Position numbers and translations under genes: made by a program. DNA of 64,000 bases. Source: Felis catus (Eukaryota). The stretch is taken from assembly GCF_018350175.1 (NCBI RefSeq), contig NC_058368.1, positions 73,782,001-73,846,000 on the forward strand. The letters run 5' to 3'. Positions 48,111-61,685 of this stretch are shown here, piece after piece (the first letter of the stretch is position 1; every line of letters starts with the position of its first letter). A model generated the notes under the pieces. The model saw only the letters and a program-made list of their open reading frames with translations. It had not been told where the DNA came from and did no database searches.

Positions 48111-50516
48111 GTCGGTGCCCATTTGGAATTATAGTTGGATGTGTCACTATTGATTAGGAGAGAAGCATCCTGAACAGAGGGTCTAAATCTATAAATGTAT
48201 TCTGAAAATATTAGGGCCCTAAGGAAGCCATTTTGGTGCTGTTGGTGCTTTTTTTTTTTTGGAGTAAGGAGCCTTCATTCTCCAGTCTGTTTTCATTATA
48301 TTTTGGCTTCTCTACTTGTCTTAATATTTCCTCTTTCCATTTTGATGAGTTCTGATCAAAGTCGGCCAGACCAAAAGGCAGAAGAGGTGATAAAGCCTGG
48401 TGTCTCAAGAAGGTGAAATTTTGCTTCTCATAGGCCTCAGATACCACATCCTCAAGGCCCACACCTGTCATATGGGTTCTGAGCACAGTGTGTCTCAAGA
48501 ACAAAATGACCAATCAAATGCACTAGTACTGAAGATTAACAGAAATTATTTTTCAAATTAGGTCCGGCACATGTGTCCTAAATGGGAATAAACACAAAGT
48601 TTTGGGTTTGTGACATCAGTGATTGCATAGTGGCTTTGATAAATTAGAATGATTGGGTATTGAAACCAAAAGCACACACATAGGGACCGATATAAAACTC
48701 AGCTGAAGGGTATTGAAATTACCTAGACAACTATGTCACTGGATTAGTCAAATAAGGGTACATCACTGGGTCAGAATCAGTCACTCATTGTCAGTGCACA
48801 GAAATCAGACGTCTGGGCATGGAGACACAAACGGTGAGAGACAAGCTGTTCACTGTTCACTCCCACGGGCCACCACAGGACTTGGCACATGTCATATGCT
48901 CAGTTTGTATAGAAACACTAGATGAATTAATGTATTAGAGAAAATGTCCATCTCAGAATTTAGAAAAAGGTTGGAATCCACAGAGTGTTAAACATGAGCA
49001 AAAAATGCATTAAGGGTTAAGAGGAACAAGTTGTAAAAGCAATGGAAAGATCTCACAGTTTGGAGAGAGGAAGTTTAAGACAGGATAATGGTTTCAAAGC
49101 ATCTGTTGACATGAAGACCTGAACAAAATAGTATGAATTAAGATGCATTGCAGACTTCCTGATTTACACAGAGTAAATAAGGTACATGGGAAGACTGAAT
49201 ATGATGGAAGAAAAAAAATCAGAAAAAGATTTCACTATGGATTGATGTTTGAAATTTAAAGAGATTAATCAAATTATTTCGACAACAAATGATTCACAAT
49301 ATTTTGATTGACTCAAGCCTGTGGCTGAGGTGAACAGTTTATCATAGAGAAAAGTTACGAGACAGCAGAAACTATTTCACTGAATTCGCTAGGTATGTCT
49401 AGCTCAAGTTTTACAAATACCTGGGAAACTGCAAAATTCTTCTAATTTTTAGGTACTGAAAGTCAGAGTAATGATTAATTAGATTGGGAATTTGTCTCTA
49501 TAGTAAAAGATGATCTTGACAATAGAGGGAAATAATGGAGTTTCTATTCTAAGAAACATTCTCCCCCAAGCAATCTTGCCTTTACTGGGACTAGGTAAGC
49601 AAATTTTGAAGGTATTCCCTTTGGATTCCCAAAGAATAGTGAACTCGTGAAAATGAAGAAATCTCAGGTTTAAACTCTGAGATAAGGAAGAGATAAGGGT
49701 AATAGGCTTGATGAAATCCAAACCCATCCACTGGACCTTCAGTTTTATTTTACTGAGGAGAAGGGAATATTTTCTTGACTGTGTCTACCCAGGCACAGAG
49801 AATGAAATTCATTGAGTCAATTACTTAAGTCACGTATTTTTGCAAGCCTGTTTGGGGGCCACAATTGAGGCAGACTGCCATTCAGATCCCCTGTACACTT
49901 TTCCCTTTAAAATTTATTTCCCTGCATAACTGAAGACTCTACATAATGACAACAAACTGATTTGTTTTCAAAAGGGGCAAAATCAATGATCATGTTCTGC
50001 AGAAATAGATGTGAATTGATGAGTATCTGCTTAAGCTTCTCCACCTGAACTTGAGTAGATGACAGCACTTAACTCTTCTCTCTCCTTTTAAAATCCACAC
50101 AACAGAAGGCTTTCTCAGGTCTAAGCAAAGTCATGGACACTACCCTCTTCCCCTTTTTATAAAACTCAAATGATATGGATCTTTCTCAACTCATCATTAT
50201 ACATTCCCTGCATTGTCAGGCTGTATGCAGAAACTTTCTTTCCCAGCTCTTTCAAATTTGTATGTTAAAGCTCACTTATAAGACCTGCTTTTCCCGCTGA
50301 ACAGTCCAGATAATTAGTAGAATTTTCAGATATATTCTGGGCAATTATTTACACGCTTTACATATTAATATAGTTTTAGAATGAAGTGGGCAACTTTCTT
50401 CACCGTCCACTTTACTGAAACAAGAAAGGTAAAAATATACCATCAAACTTGACTAAGGATATAGAGATTTAAAATTCACGGTAGACCATCAATAGCCTTA
50501 AAAATGGTTTAGGCAC

Positions 50517-50722
50517 GGGGTGCCTGGGTGGCTCAATTGGTTAAGCATCTGACCTCAGCTCACGTCATGATCTCATGGTCAGTGGGTTCGAGCCCCGCAT
50601 CAGGTTCTGCGCTGACAGCTCAGAGCCTGGAGCCTGCTTCACGCTCTGTGTCTCCTTCTCTCTCTGTCCCTCCCCTGCTCATGCTGTCTCTCTCTCTCTG
50701 AAAAATAAAGAAACATTAAAAA
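50517..50722 (+). mobile_element. Can-SINE
   Basis: TSD aaaa(a/g)tggtttagg(c/t)ac at 50500-50516 and 50723-50739. Confidence 0.95.
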
Positions 50723-50849
50723 AAAAGTGGTTTAGGTACATTTAGACAATAATTGTGGGAACTTGAATGTTGACATTGGTACGGCAATAGAATCATTCAT
50801 AACCGGAAGTCAGTTAGAGATGATCTCTTTCAAGCTTTCCATCTATTTT

Positions 50850-52575
50850 TGGATTAAAGTAATATTTATATTATTATATCACCTTATAAAACATTTGAGA
50901 AGCACAGAAAAGTATAAAGAAGAAAACACCACAGAAATCTCACCTCCCTGAGATGCGACAAATATTTTCCACATTTTTTTCCTGTATCTCTCCCTTTCTC
51001 CCCTACTCCTTCCACATTTCCAGATCACAACCCGGAAAGTTATTACACTACCATTGGCAGTGATGTGTTTGATCACATCTCTACCAATGTTATGGTATCA
51101 TATTTGCAAGTTTAATTGGTCCGAGTAGTATTTCATCGTTGAGCAAACATTTCTTTAATTACTGGCCATGATGCATTTCTTTCCCCTCCAAATGTTTAGC
51201 CATTGTAACCTTCTCTTTCGTGAACTTTTGGTTCTGTCTGTTCTCCAGGTGCCTATCAGGATCTTAGTACTTTTGTAACTAAATTTGTAATTTGTCACAT
51301 ATGTTGCGTGTACTCTGTGAAAATTGAAAACATTTTAGTTGGTAGTGTATTTTATTGTATTAGTAATTACGTCATCTTTCATTCTTTGCCTGTATACAAT
51401 GCTTCTTAGCAATCCTCAATTTGTATCCTTTCAAATTTTTGTATCCTTAAAAATTATTTTGTTAAATTCCAAGCTTAAGGTTTTAATTGAAATTATGTTT
51501 AACCTATATGTCAAGTTGCAAGACATTAACACATCCAGCAACATGGACACTTCTGATGACTTATTCAGATTTTCTTTCACATTGTTTAAAACATATGGCA
51601 GGGAAAGAAAGATATTTTCTCAATGAGGCACCTTGGAAAAAAGTCTACAGTTTAAAAATAAACACTCTGGTAAAATTTACAAATTTTAATGCAAGGTTAT
51701 TATTGGTATACTGAAACCACTATTGATTTGGTGTATTTATCTTATGTGTATCCGCTTGGCTGAACATTATGAATTAGGAGAGCTTTTTCAGCTTATTCAT
51801 GTAGATTTTATAGATATACAGCCACATTAGTCACTAATAATGACACTATTGTCTCTTCCTAATTATTGTCATCTGTTTTTAGATTTGTAGTAGCATCCAG
51901 AACAATGCTAAAAAAGAATGATGATTACAGCCTTCCTTTAATGAGGTTGACTCTCATTGACTTAATAATGGCAATGGCTTTTGGTATGAAATTGTTACCG
52001 TGTCTCATGTTTTTAATTCCTAGACTTTTTAAAGCTTATAAAATCAAGACTAATGATTAAACTTTATTAAATATTTTTTAACCCCACATTGAGGCAACTA
52101 CAAGGTTTCCCTTATTTGAGTTAATAACATTTCAATTCTAAAACCTTTATTAAAGCATCCAGGCATTTGTACTTAATTTTAGTGGATTATAAATTTGCTA
52201 GTATTTCAGTTAGGACTTCTTTACATACCTACAGAAATATATGAGCTTGATTTCTCATAAATTTATTTTACAATGTATTTCTCTCTTTTTTTAGTCTGTT
52301 ATTAAATATTGGGACAGTTTTTTAATATTCAAGAATTTTTTTTGTATTATATGAACAAATTAATTTATAATATAGTTTTATAATCAAATAATCTGGCTTC
52401 TATAATTTCTGCTTTTATAACTATGGAATTGAGATTTTTTGGCTAAGTTTAATATCAGTCTGCCAAATTTCTATTGATGATTTTTTTTTTTGTAGACTGC
52501 AAAGCTTGATTTAGACTGATTTTTTTGATTGCATTATTCTAATTATCTATGTCTTTTGATCTACCTGATTGGTAT
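50850..52575 (-). mobile_element. Very old L1 (L1ME-like) fragments
   Basis: T-rich, with antisense-L1 motifs (attattggtatactgaaaccactattgatttggtgtatttatctt, gtagattttatagatatacag, ccagaacaatgct). Confidence 0.55.
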
Positions 52576-52595
52576 ATTAAAATATTCTCTCTCTC

Positions 52596-52804
52596 GAGGA
52601 GTCTGGGTGGTTCAGTCGGTTAAGCATCCAACTTTGGCTCAGGTCATGATCTCGAGGTTTGTGGGTTCAAGCCCCCCGTCGGGCTCTGTGCTGACCGCTC
52701 AGAGCCTGGAGCCTGCTTTGGATTCTGTGTCTCCCTCTCTCTCTGCCCCTCCCCTGCTCGTGCTCTCTCTCTCTCTCTCAAAAATAAACAAACATTAAAA
52801 AAAA
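52596..52804 (+). mobile_element. Can-SINE
   Basis: gtctgggtggttcagtcggttaagc head; TSD-like aaaatattctctctct/aaaagattctgtctct. Confidence 0.95.
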
Positions 52805-52859
52805 AAAGATTCTGTCTCTGTATATGTATATATATGATCACTTAAAAATATAAAATATA

Positions 52860-54610
52860 GCGGGGGAGCCGCGTGGAGCTCTTGGGCTTGGAAGCTGTTG
52901 CCAAGGCCCTGTTCCTGTCGCTGAACACGCAGGAGGTGGCCAAGTTTCAGAAGGAGGTGGTGCAGGCTTGCAGGGGTGCAATCCAGTGACAGGAGGAAGC
53001 AAAACTTACTACTGGAGTAATCTATGTGGGCCACTTACCTCCAGCACTTTATGAAACCCAGATCCCAGCGTATTTCTCCCAGTTTGGCACTGTTACAAGA
53101 TTCAGACCGTCCAGAAGGAAACGGACTGGAAATAGTAAAGCTATGCCTTTATGGAGTTTGCATCTCAAAATGTTGCCAAGATAGTTGCTGAAACAATGAA
53201 CAACTACCTTTTTGGTGAAAGGCTCTTAAAGTGTCATCTTATACCACCTGAAAAAGTGCATGAAGAACTTTTCAGACGGTGGCAGATTCCATTTAAAAAG
53301 CCATCCTATCCAGCACTGAAGCGGTATAATCAGAATCGGACGCTTCTTCAAAAGCTACAGACGGAGGAGCGACTTAAGAAGAAAGAAAAATTACTCAGGA
53401 AAAGAATTGCTGAAAAAGGAATTGATTATGATTTTCCTCCACTAATTTTACGTAAAAAGAAAAAGAAGAAAGAAATGCTTCAGACACTGGTCTTCAGAAA
53501 TCTACAAAAAGCCAGGTCAGGTCTTACCAAAGGCGAAGAAGAAAAAGAATTCATTCACTCCTAGCAGTCCTGAGCAGACTGTTGGCTAGCCAGGGCCCCA
53601 CACCAGTTTGCACACCAACAGTTTTGGAGAAACGAAAATCTGAAGCAGCTAAAATGAATGTTGATGACAAAGAAAACGTTAACAGTTTTCAAATAGCCTG
53701 TACCTGGTGTAAAAGAGGAAACACAAGCGACTCGAACACCTACACGCTCAAGGAAAAAAAAGACGAAGAAAAGGCAGTCAGTGATTCTAAGTGTTATGAT
53801 ATTTCTTCTGAAAAATGTGATTTTATTGTGAGGCCTAATTCTTTGTATTGAACTACAAGCGATGGAATGCAACCATGGACAAAGTTCTTGGAGGAAAAAC
53901 TGGCGGTTCGCGTCAGTAAGGAAAGCAGTCGGTAACTGGCTTGCCTGTCCTTGCTGGCGTAGAGCAGCGTGCAACAGCTGGGCTCACCCTGCCTCTTTGT
54001 CCTGGTCTCTAGTGTCCTTTGCAGATTTCATAGCTGTCTTTAGTTACTCTTCCTGGATAGAAAAGTCACCATTTACTGCAGCTTTTGTTGTTACCGTGGA
54101 ATAAAGAAACTTTTGGGGCGCCTGGGTGGCGCAGTCGGTTAAGCGTCCGACTTCAGCCAGGTCACAATCTCGCGCTCCGTGAGTTTGAGCCCCGCGTCAG
54201 GCTCTGGGCTGATGGCTCGGAGCCTGGAGCCTGTTTCCGATTCTGTGTCTCCCTCTCTCTCTGCCCCTCCCCCGTTCATGCTCTGTCTCTCTCTGTCCCC
54301 AAAATAAATAAACGTTGAAAAAAAAGAAAGAAACTCTTGCTTGACTGTCTACATGGTTCTCTGTTAGACTGTGCATGGCCAACCCGTAAGGGCACTTGAA
54401 CATCATGTGGTAGAAACTGGAAGTTAAATTACACGGAGAGTCAGAAGACCCTTCAAGCATATGTACGTGGTCACTTTTACCAAGTTAAGTTTTTGGCGGG
54501 CTAGCAAGTTTCAATGACTGTCATTTTGTGTTCGTTTCATCGACATGGAATTGAATTTCAAGAATCAGTGACCAGCAAATAAACTTTTTCTACATTTCAT
54601 TTGTAAAATA
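52860..54610 (+). pseudogene. NIFK: Processed pseudogene of NIFK (MKI67IP, nucleolar RRM protein binding the Ki-67 FHA domain); CDS remnant 52888-53784 plus 3'UTR
   Basis: Intronless match: [72 protein letters not shown]. Lesions: TTG where the start codon is expected (52888), TGA at 52987-52989, frameshifts near 53140, in the 53454-53474 A-run and further 3'. AATAAA at 54578-54583. Confidence 0.95.
54115..54326 (+). mobile_element. Young felid Can-SINE inside the pseudogene 3'UTR
   Basis: TSD aaagaaact(t/c)tt at 54103-54114 and 54327-54338. Confidence 0.97.
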
Positions 54611-54941
54611 CATATATTTTGTAAAATTATATAAATATAATTTTATAGGGTTACGTATAATAGTTATCTATAATATGCCATATATTTATGATATATGGAG
54701 TGCGTATCTGTTGACTTTTTGTCTTAAATATAGATAAAACTTATACAAACAATACAACAATACAGCACGATGATTCTCTTTTTGCTTTTCATACATTTAA
54801 TACTGAGTATTTTTTTGGAATTAATTTCATCTCCTAAGCTTTCCTTTTGTTGCTGTTCATCTCATATCTTGTATATCTCTTTGGTTATTTATTTTTGCCT
54901 TTTTTCCCCATCATTTAGTTTTAGACCCAAAAGTAAAGCAA

Positions 54942-54943
<2 letters not shown>

Positions 54944-54976
<33 letters not shown>
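54944..54976. repeat. (AAT)n microsatellite
   Basis: Read directly. Confidence 0.9.
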
Positions 54977-54978
<2 letters not shown>

Positions 54979-55214
54979 TTTAAAAAAATAAATAAAAAGT
55001 TAAATCCGTAAATCTTTGTGCTTCAATATAAATTTTAAGTTACTAGTACACTGATAGGGTTAATAACGCTTTGTTTTCTGCTTCTCCTTTTTATATCCTT
55101 GCCTATCTCATAGAACTATTGAAATGTTAACTGAATTAGTGGTATGGTTCCTGGAACATCATAAGCTCTCAGTAGACGTATAGAGAGGACAACACATGAC
55201 AGTGGGTCCACATT

Positions 55215-55440
55215 ATCTCTGAAGTCCACCTCTCTGAGTTAAAATACCAGCTCTTAACACTGTCTTTGAATGAATTACTATATTTTTCTAATCTTCAATT
55301 TCATTCCCTAAAAAAAAAAAAAAAAAAAAAAAGGGAAAATAAAATAAGTACTTTATACAATAGTTTAAGGAATAATGAGGGAGGAAAAAGCAAGTATGTA
55401 TAGCACCTGGCATAGAGTGAATTAAATAAATATTAACTAT
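55215..55440 (+). mobile_element. MIR SINE with an internal poly(A) expansion
   Basis: ctgagttaaaataccagctct...aatttcattcccta(A)n...tagcacctggcatagagt. Confidence 0.65.
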
Positions 55441-55610
55441 TTTTATTCTTTGCAGATTCTTGAATTTTCCTTTTTTGTTATGTAATGATTTGGAAAACAG
55501 GTGTGCATCCTGTTTGTAATGTCAGTAATGAGTATCTTTTAAGTTTTTCAAAAACACCATCTAATCTAAATTTTTTTAATTGTCGATGAACAGCAACATA
55601 ATCACTTCTT

Positions 55611-55808
55611 TTTTTCTTTTTTTTAAAGTTTATTTGAAAGAGACAGAGACAGCACTAGTTGGGGAGGGGCAGAGAGAGAATCCCAAGCAGGCTCTGTGCT
55701 GCCAGTACAGAGCCTGATGCAGGGTTCAAACCCATGAAGCCGAGTGATCGTGACCTGAGTGGGAATCAAGAGTTGGACGCTCAACAGACTGAGCCACCCA
55801 GGTGCCCC
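55611..55808 (-). mobile_element. Can-SINE with 16-bp TSD
   Basis: TSD aacataatcacttctt at 55595-55610 and 55809-55824. Confidence 0.96.
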
Positions 55809-56828
55809 AACATAATCACTTCTTACTGTGACCTATGTAAAGCTAAACTTAGAACATCCTTTCAGCAGACTTTTACATTTTTTACCATGTTGTTAATAAA
55901 TCTGAAATTTGTTGGTACATACTATTAATAGTAAGTGAGCAGGATTTTTTTTTTTTTTTTTTTTACATTTTGCCTTATTTTGCAGAAGATAATTTAACAA
56001 TGTTGTATTAATCTGATCTCATTTACTACTCAGTCTTTTTTGGTGTTCAGTCTCAGATTTTTCTTTATGTTGTCCTGAATATTTTTTGGCCCTTTCATTT
56101 TGATTACATTCTTGGTCATCTGAAATACATGTTTTTTGGGCAATCTACATGAAAACTATTTTTTCACTTTCCTAGCAGGTCTGAAAAAAATCTTTCCTTC
56201 CACTTGTAAATAAATGAGCTAGTTTGATGTAGGAAATTCTTTGATTTCTTATCCAATTCTACAGACCCAACTCCATTTTCTTCTGGAATCTAGTCTGATG
56301 GAGGAGACATATGCGGCTAATATGACATCTCTTCTTTTGTTGAAAGCCAGAAATTTTGCTCTTGATCTTTGAAATTTTATGTCTTTGTCGAGTTTTATAT
56401 TTTCTTCCTGAGATGACATGAATCCTTTCGATCTACGAGTGGGAGTTTATGTTTTACAGCTCAGGGAATTTCTTTTTAATTTCTAAAAAAATATGTATTT
56501 TAGTTTCTTTGCCTCCCTTTGCTACTTTTCCTTCCACTGTATCGTTTTATCTTCTTCTTTGCATGCTGAGGTAACTTTAGTTTTCCATTAAGTAGGAGCT
56601 ACATATACACAGATTCTTCTCTTTAAAGATGCCCGCCTTTGGAGTCTAATTCTGCTTTTGTGGTTTTAGGGAGGGTCTAGAACTTCTCTTATCTCAGATT
56701 TAATCTCAGCCTTTGTCTTCATGTCTTATCTAGGTCTCTTTGTAGGGCAGCCTATTCTATATGATTATTTTTTCAATGGAGTGTATGATTTCTTGCCTAT
56801 ATCTGAATTTTCTAAAAATTCTTCCTTT

Positions 56829-57061
56829 TTAAAAATTATATTAGAGATACAGAGAGAGAGCAAGCAGGGGCAGAGGGGCAGAGAGTGAGAGAGAGTGAGA
56901 GAGAGATTGAGAGAGAATCTTAAGCACGCTCCACTTCTGGTGCAAAACCTGATGCGAGGCTTGATCACATGACTGTGAGATCATAACCTGAGCAAAAATC
57001 AAGAGTTGGACGCTTTACTAAGAATCAGATGGCTAACCTACTGAGCCACCCAGGAACGCCC
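56829..57061 (-). mobile_element. Can-SINE with 16-bp TSD
   Basis: TSD taaaaattcttccttt at 56813-56828 and 57062-57077. Confidence 0.95.
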
Positions 57062-57599
57062 TAAAAATTCTTCCTTTAATTGAAGCAAATAGTTTTCAGA
57101 GATATGATTCCCTGAAGTCTTTAAGATAATTGATACTCCCTTTATTATGCCACAGAAAAATCACTCATTAGGAAAATGAGGACTTAGTCCGTCCTCGTCT
57201 AGGTTTAGGAGGCATTGGTCTAGTTTTAGTGTTTGCCAACAGATGGAATACAAAGTCTCCCTTTGACTGTGCTCAGTGTCCATTTAGGTGCTTTGTTGAA
57301 AACCTGTCTCACACCAAAACCATCATCTGGTATCTTGAAAGTAGAAATTATCCAGTTACATTCTCCTAGACTTGGATGGGCTCCTCTCCTACCCTGCAGT
57401 TTAAGTACTTTGTCTGCAAGATCAAGAAACGCTACTCCCAGATCACCTGTGGCTGTGCACGGATCTTTTCTCATCGGAAACATTTGTGTGAAAAACTAGA
57501 ATTTCTGTTGGACGCCAGACCTTCTCCTGTCTCTGCCTTTATGTGCACATGCCAAAATATAATAAAGCTGAGAGGTTGAATATAGAAATAGAAAATGAC

Positions 57600-58046
57600 C
57601 AGGTGATATAAGGAGATCTATAGCAACCAGCCCAGGAAACCAGCACATTATCTAGAGTATTCAGCCCAGGAAGCCAGCATCCTCTCTGTAAGTCACACCT
57701 AACAGAAGTTTCTAGCAACTATACAATAAGCCTTAGAGCAATGGGCCCCAAATGGCCAGGACTTAATAACTGACAGCTTCCCTAACTTTTTACCAAATGT
57801 GCACGCTAACCAATCACATAGGTCACCCTGGTTCTAGCTGGCCCGCCTCCAGTTTCCCCAGGCCAGCAGCCTCCAGTCGCGGCACGCCTGGAGCCTTCCC
57901 CTTTTCCTCTATGAAGCTCTCCCATCCTGTGCTTGCCTTTGAGTCTCTGCCAGACCCAAATTGTGGCAGCTCCCTCTCTTGCTACTGAAGGCTCTGCATA
58001 AGTAGCCTTTCCTGTTCTATCTGATGGTCTTCCTTTGTTTCCCAAA
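57600..58046 (+). mobile_element. ERV1-class solo LTR (MER89/MER90-like)
   Basis: tagcaaccagcccaggaa, gacagcttccctaa, aaccaatcacatagg (CCAAT), gcctttgagtctctgcca, degenerate TATA and poly(A) signals. Confidence 0.7.
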
Positions 58047-58128
58047 ATGATGCCGTCTTCTTGGTCATTAGGTTTTTGAACTTCTAGGTCTTTTAGAGTG
58101 TCTGTGAAGTGAGTATGCCAATATGCCA

Positions 58129-58130
<2 letters not shown>

Positions 58131-58163
<33 letters not shown>
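58131..58163. repeat. (TG)n microsatellite
   Basis: Read directly. Confidence 0.95.
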
Positions 58164-58165
<2 letters not shown>

Positions 58166-58924
58166 CGGGGGGTGGTGGTGGTAGGAATATAGTAGTATGA
58201 TGGTAGCCACACGGGGGTTGGGCATAAATTTTGCAACTCATGAAAATAGGTTGTGCGCATGGTCGGGTGAGGCAAGGTGGGCGGGAATGGATGCACTTTT
58301 TTTTTTATTAACTCTTTTTTTTTTTTTTTTTTTTTTTGGCAGATCCTCAAACTCTAAGCTGGCGACGGGCAGTGGGATAATGGGTAGAGGTCTGGGATTT
58401 TCCTACCACTGTCTAAGCAGGACATATTGCTCTATTTTAGGGAACAACACCCATGTAGGCCAGCAGCTTTGTTGAGTAGTTCTTCCCAAATCCACCATGA
58501 TTTGTTATTAGCCTTAATTTCCTGGAAGTATTGCATGTTAAAAATTTCCCCGTGTCTTTGTAGGTTTTTCAGTGAGGGAAATTTGGAGAAGGCCAGGAAT
58601 TGCTACACAAGTGCCACCTTAACGTGGAAATCAAGTTCAGTCTACCCATTTTAGAGATGTAGAAACTGGGGTTTATCTCGTGATTTGTTGTCTGCTATAT
58701 CCTCTGGTCTAAGTTTTCACTTATTTTTCCATAGCTCATCAGAGTCCTTAGACAACTCTTTGGAATGAATTTAGAAAAAGTCACTCCTCCACATAAATAG
58801 CTCTATAATCTTGGACTAGTTACTTAATCTCCTTAAGCCTCAATTTTGATAATAGGATTGTCAAGGCATTGAATATGTCAGAAACCATTTTAGGTCCTTC
58901 TAAAGGCATCATTATGTAGTGTTG

Positions 58925-59080
58925 TTAATCTTCTCAAAAAGCCTTATGAGGGAGAAACTGTTAGCATCTGTAATTTACAGATGAAGAAACTTAGGTTCAG
59001 AAAGCTTCTATTTGCTGAAGATCATATATCTAGTGAATGGTAGGGCCAGGAAGTCTTAACCATGACTCACTCTTTAACCA
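58925..59080 (-). mobile_element. MIR SINE
   Basis: tttacagatgaagaaacttaggttcagaaag...ctctttaacca. Confidence 0.75.
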
Positions 59081-59155
59081 CAACACAACTTCTAAATCTA
59101 CAGTTTCTTCTGATGCTAAAACATGGCTACATTTATATTTAAATAGTGCTATGGA

Positions 59156-59371
59156 GGGGCGCCTGGGTGGCTCAGTCGGTTAAGCATCCGACTTCAGCTC
59201 AGGTCACGATCTCGCAGTCCGTGGGTTCGAGCCCTGCGTCGGGCTCTGGGCTGATGGCTCGGAGCCTGGAGCCTGCTTCCGATTCTGTGTCTCCCTCTCT
59301 CTCTGCCCCTCCCCCATTCATGCTCTGTCTCTCTCTGTCTCAAAAATAAATAAAATGTTAAAAAAAAAATT
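59156..59371 (+). mobile_element. Young Can-SINE with 15-bp TSD
   Basis: TSD aaatagtgctatgga at 59141-59155 and 59372-59386. Confidence 0.97.
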
Positions 59372-61469
59372 AAATAGTGCTATGGAATGAGGCCAGATAG
59401 GTACAAATAAAAGGGGCCACAATATACTGGACTTCCCAGAATTGAGGGTATTCAAGGTTTCAGTAATCTCGTAGGGCCAAGTGTCCATGATGGGGGGATG
59501 TAGGGCAGCAGTGTGGTCCCAAGGGACCATTTAGGGACACAGTTTTGAATGGTGACACGACCTTGGGATATATTTTGTCCTGCAATTTCCTTAAGAATAT
59601 TTCATTCCAAAACAACTCTATGGTTTGAGACGTTTCCAACCACTCTGGGGAAGAATCTGGTAGGTCTGGGAATTTGAGATTTCATCAAATCCAACATAGA
59701 CAATCTAGGGGCAACATAGGTTTAGGAAGCAATTTTTACTTTCCATAGAAAGCCCCGGAATCTTGCAACTTTCTGGAGTTTTGGAATGTAGTGAAGAGAG
59801 CCTTCTGGGACCATCTGTGTAGTGTTTAGAGGCCATAGTAAAGTGGCATAAATTGAAACAATTCTGCAGTGGGCTTTATTATTCCTTTACAGTCCAGCAT
59901 TTGATTTTCCTGGCTGTGCTTAGGAAACTCCCATCTTCTGAGTGTTTGTAGAGGAGAGTCAGTCTCCCGCTGCAGGAGGAAAAATGCCAGACACACACTT
60001 CCTTGTTTCCTTTTGCAGCTAAGAGGATTGACTCATGACTTCATTGTGGAGAGTTAGGACCATAGAGACTCCATTTTTGTGTGTGGCGATGGGGGCAAGA
60101 TCAGGTATCCAAGAGGTGGCAGGTTGCACGTTCATATCACCGGCAGGAGCCGCTTCTGGTGACTGAGTTGTGTGTCCATTGGGAGCTGGTTAGTGATCAG
60201 TCACCTAAAAGACCCACCACCAAGTGCTGCCCATCAGACAGAGCCTACACCACACATGTGGCTTAGCTTGATTCATTCTTTCAAGGCATCACTTTCAGTT
60301 CATGACTGTAATCCTTTGTCTGGAGCCCTTTCTATTGTCCCCTATTTTATAGCTACCCCTAGAACTTCTTCTCTTGGTTCTTGTTTTCAGCAGTGAATGT
60401 AGGCATCTGAGTAGATAGGAATTGTCCAGCCAATCACTTTCCTTAGATTTCCTTCAGATACTTATCATTTCAGACCTTTCATTCATTGTTTACTTTCCAA
60501 GCCCAGATCTCCTAAGCACGGGTCTTTTTTGTCCATCTTGCAGGATACAGGCTGATATGGAGGAGGTTTACTTAAAATTCAGTGTGAATTTCAGAGCTAG
60601 AAAACTTCAGTGACAGCACGGACCTGTTACCTCCATGGCTGGTTTTCCTGATCTCAACAATGCCCTCCGAGTGTGGCCATGAGGACTAGGAATAGTCCTC
60701 CACAAGAAATGCTCTGCCCAGTGTGGGACACACAAGCCTTTCTAGAATGCTTGCTCTTAGAACACAGAACGTGGGAGGTGCAAGCGTTATTCTCAGCTTG
60801 GAAGAGTCCCATGTACACTTCCCTCGCTGATTATCAGGCAGAGATCAGCTTCTACGTGGGCATGTCCTTCATTCATTCTGCTTACTTTTTGGAACGTGGA
60901 GACGCAGGGTTTTGAATCTGTTCCTCTCCCCACCAGCCTGTTTTAAGGCAGAAGCACTCTAGCTGAGCATTGTGGTCCATTCTTTCGTGTCCAACTATAA
61001 ATGGCAGTTCTAAAGTGCACCTAAGCCAGTACACTCAAGAGATAACGAACATACATAATGTTTAAATGGGAATAGATACACGCAAGTGAAAGTGGCAGGA
61101 CTTTGTGTAAGCTGATGTCCACACCAAGAAGAAGGGTCCTGGGACAGCAGGCTTGGAGGCACTGGAAATGCCTGTGTTCTACCCACATTCCTCTCTCGCT
61201 GGGAGATCAACTATCCTGTGTCAGGGCAAAGCCCCCACGCGGATCTAGTCACTTTGCTCTGATTCCTCCACCTTCTCTCCCTCCTCTTCTACGGCGTGTT
61301 GTATGTTTCTCCAAACTTCCCTAACGCGGGCAGAGAGAACATTTTGGAGCCTAGAGCCTCTGGGAGTCATTTTAAGGAATAGGAGTCTGCACCCTGTTGT
61401 CCCCACCTCCCACCTTGTAAACTGAACGTGAGGGCCCAGAGGGGTCAGGGGGCTGGAAGGAGAGGGCAA

Positions 61470-61685
61470 GCATTTCTTGAAGTACCCGTGGCCAGCACTG
61501 GGCTAAGCATTCTACTCATATTCTCCGACTTAAGCATCACTATAATCCAATGAGAAAAGTATCATAGCACTATTTTAGAGACAAGGCAACTGAAGCTCAG
61601 AGAGACTACGTAACTTGCTTAATGTTAAATAGCTAATGAATGAAATAGTGGGATTTGAACTCAAATCAGTCTGATTCCAGCTCAT
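61470..61685 (-). mobile_element. MIR SINE
   Basis: gccagcactgggctaagc...aactgaagctcagagag...taacttgc...gggatttgaactcaaatcagtctgattcca. Confidence 0.8.

Noticed and set aside
53151..53564. 137-aa ORF as a functional NIFK gene
   Set aside because: It starts mid-RRM, lies among stop and frameshift lesions and has no introns; part of the pseudogene
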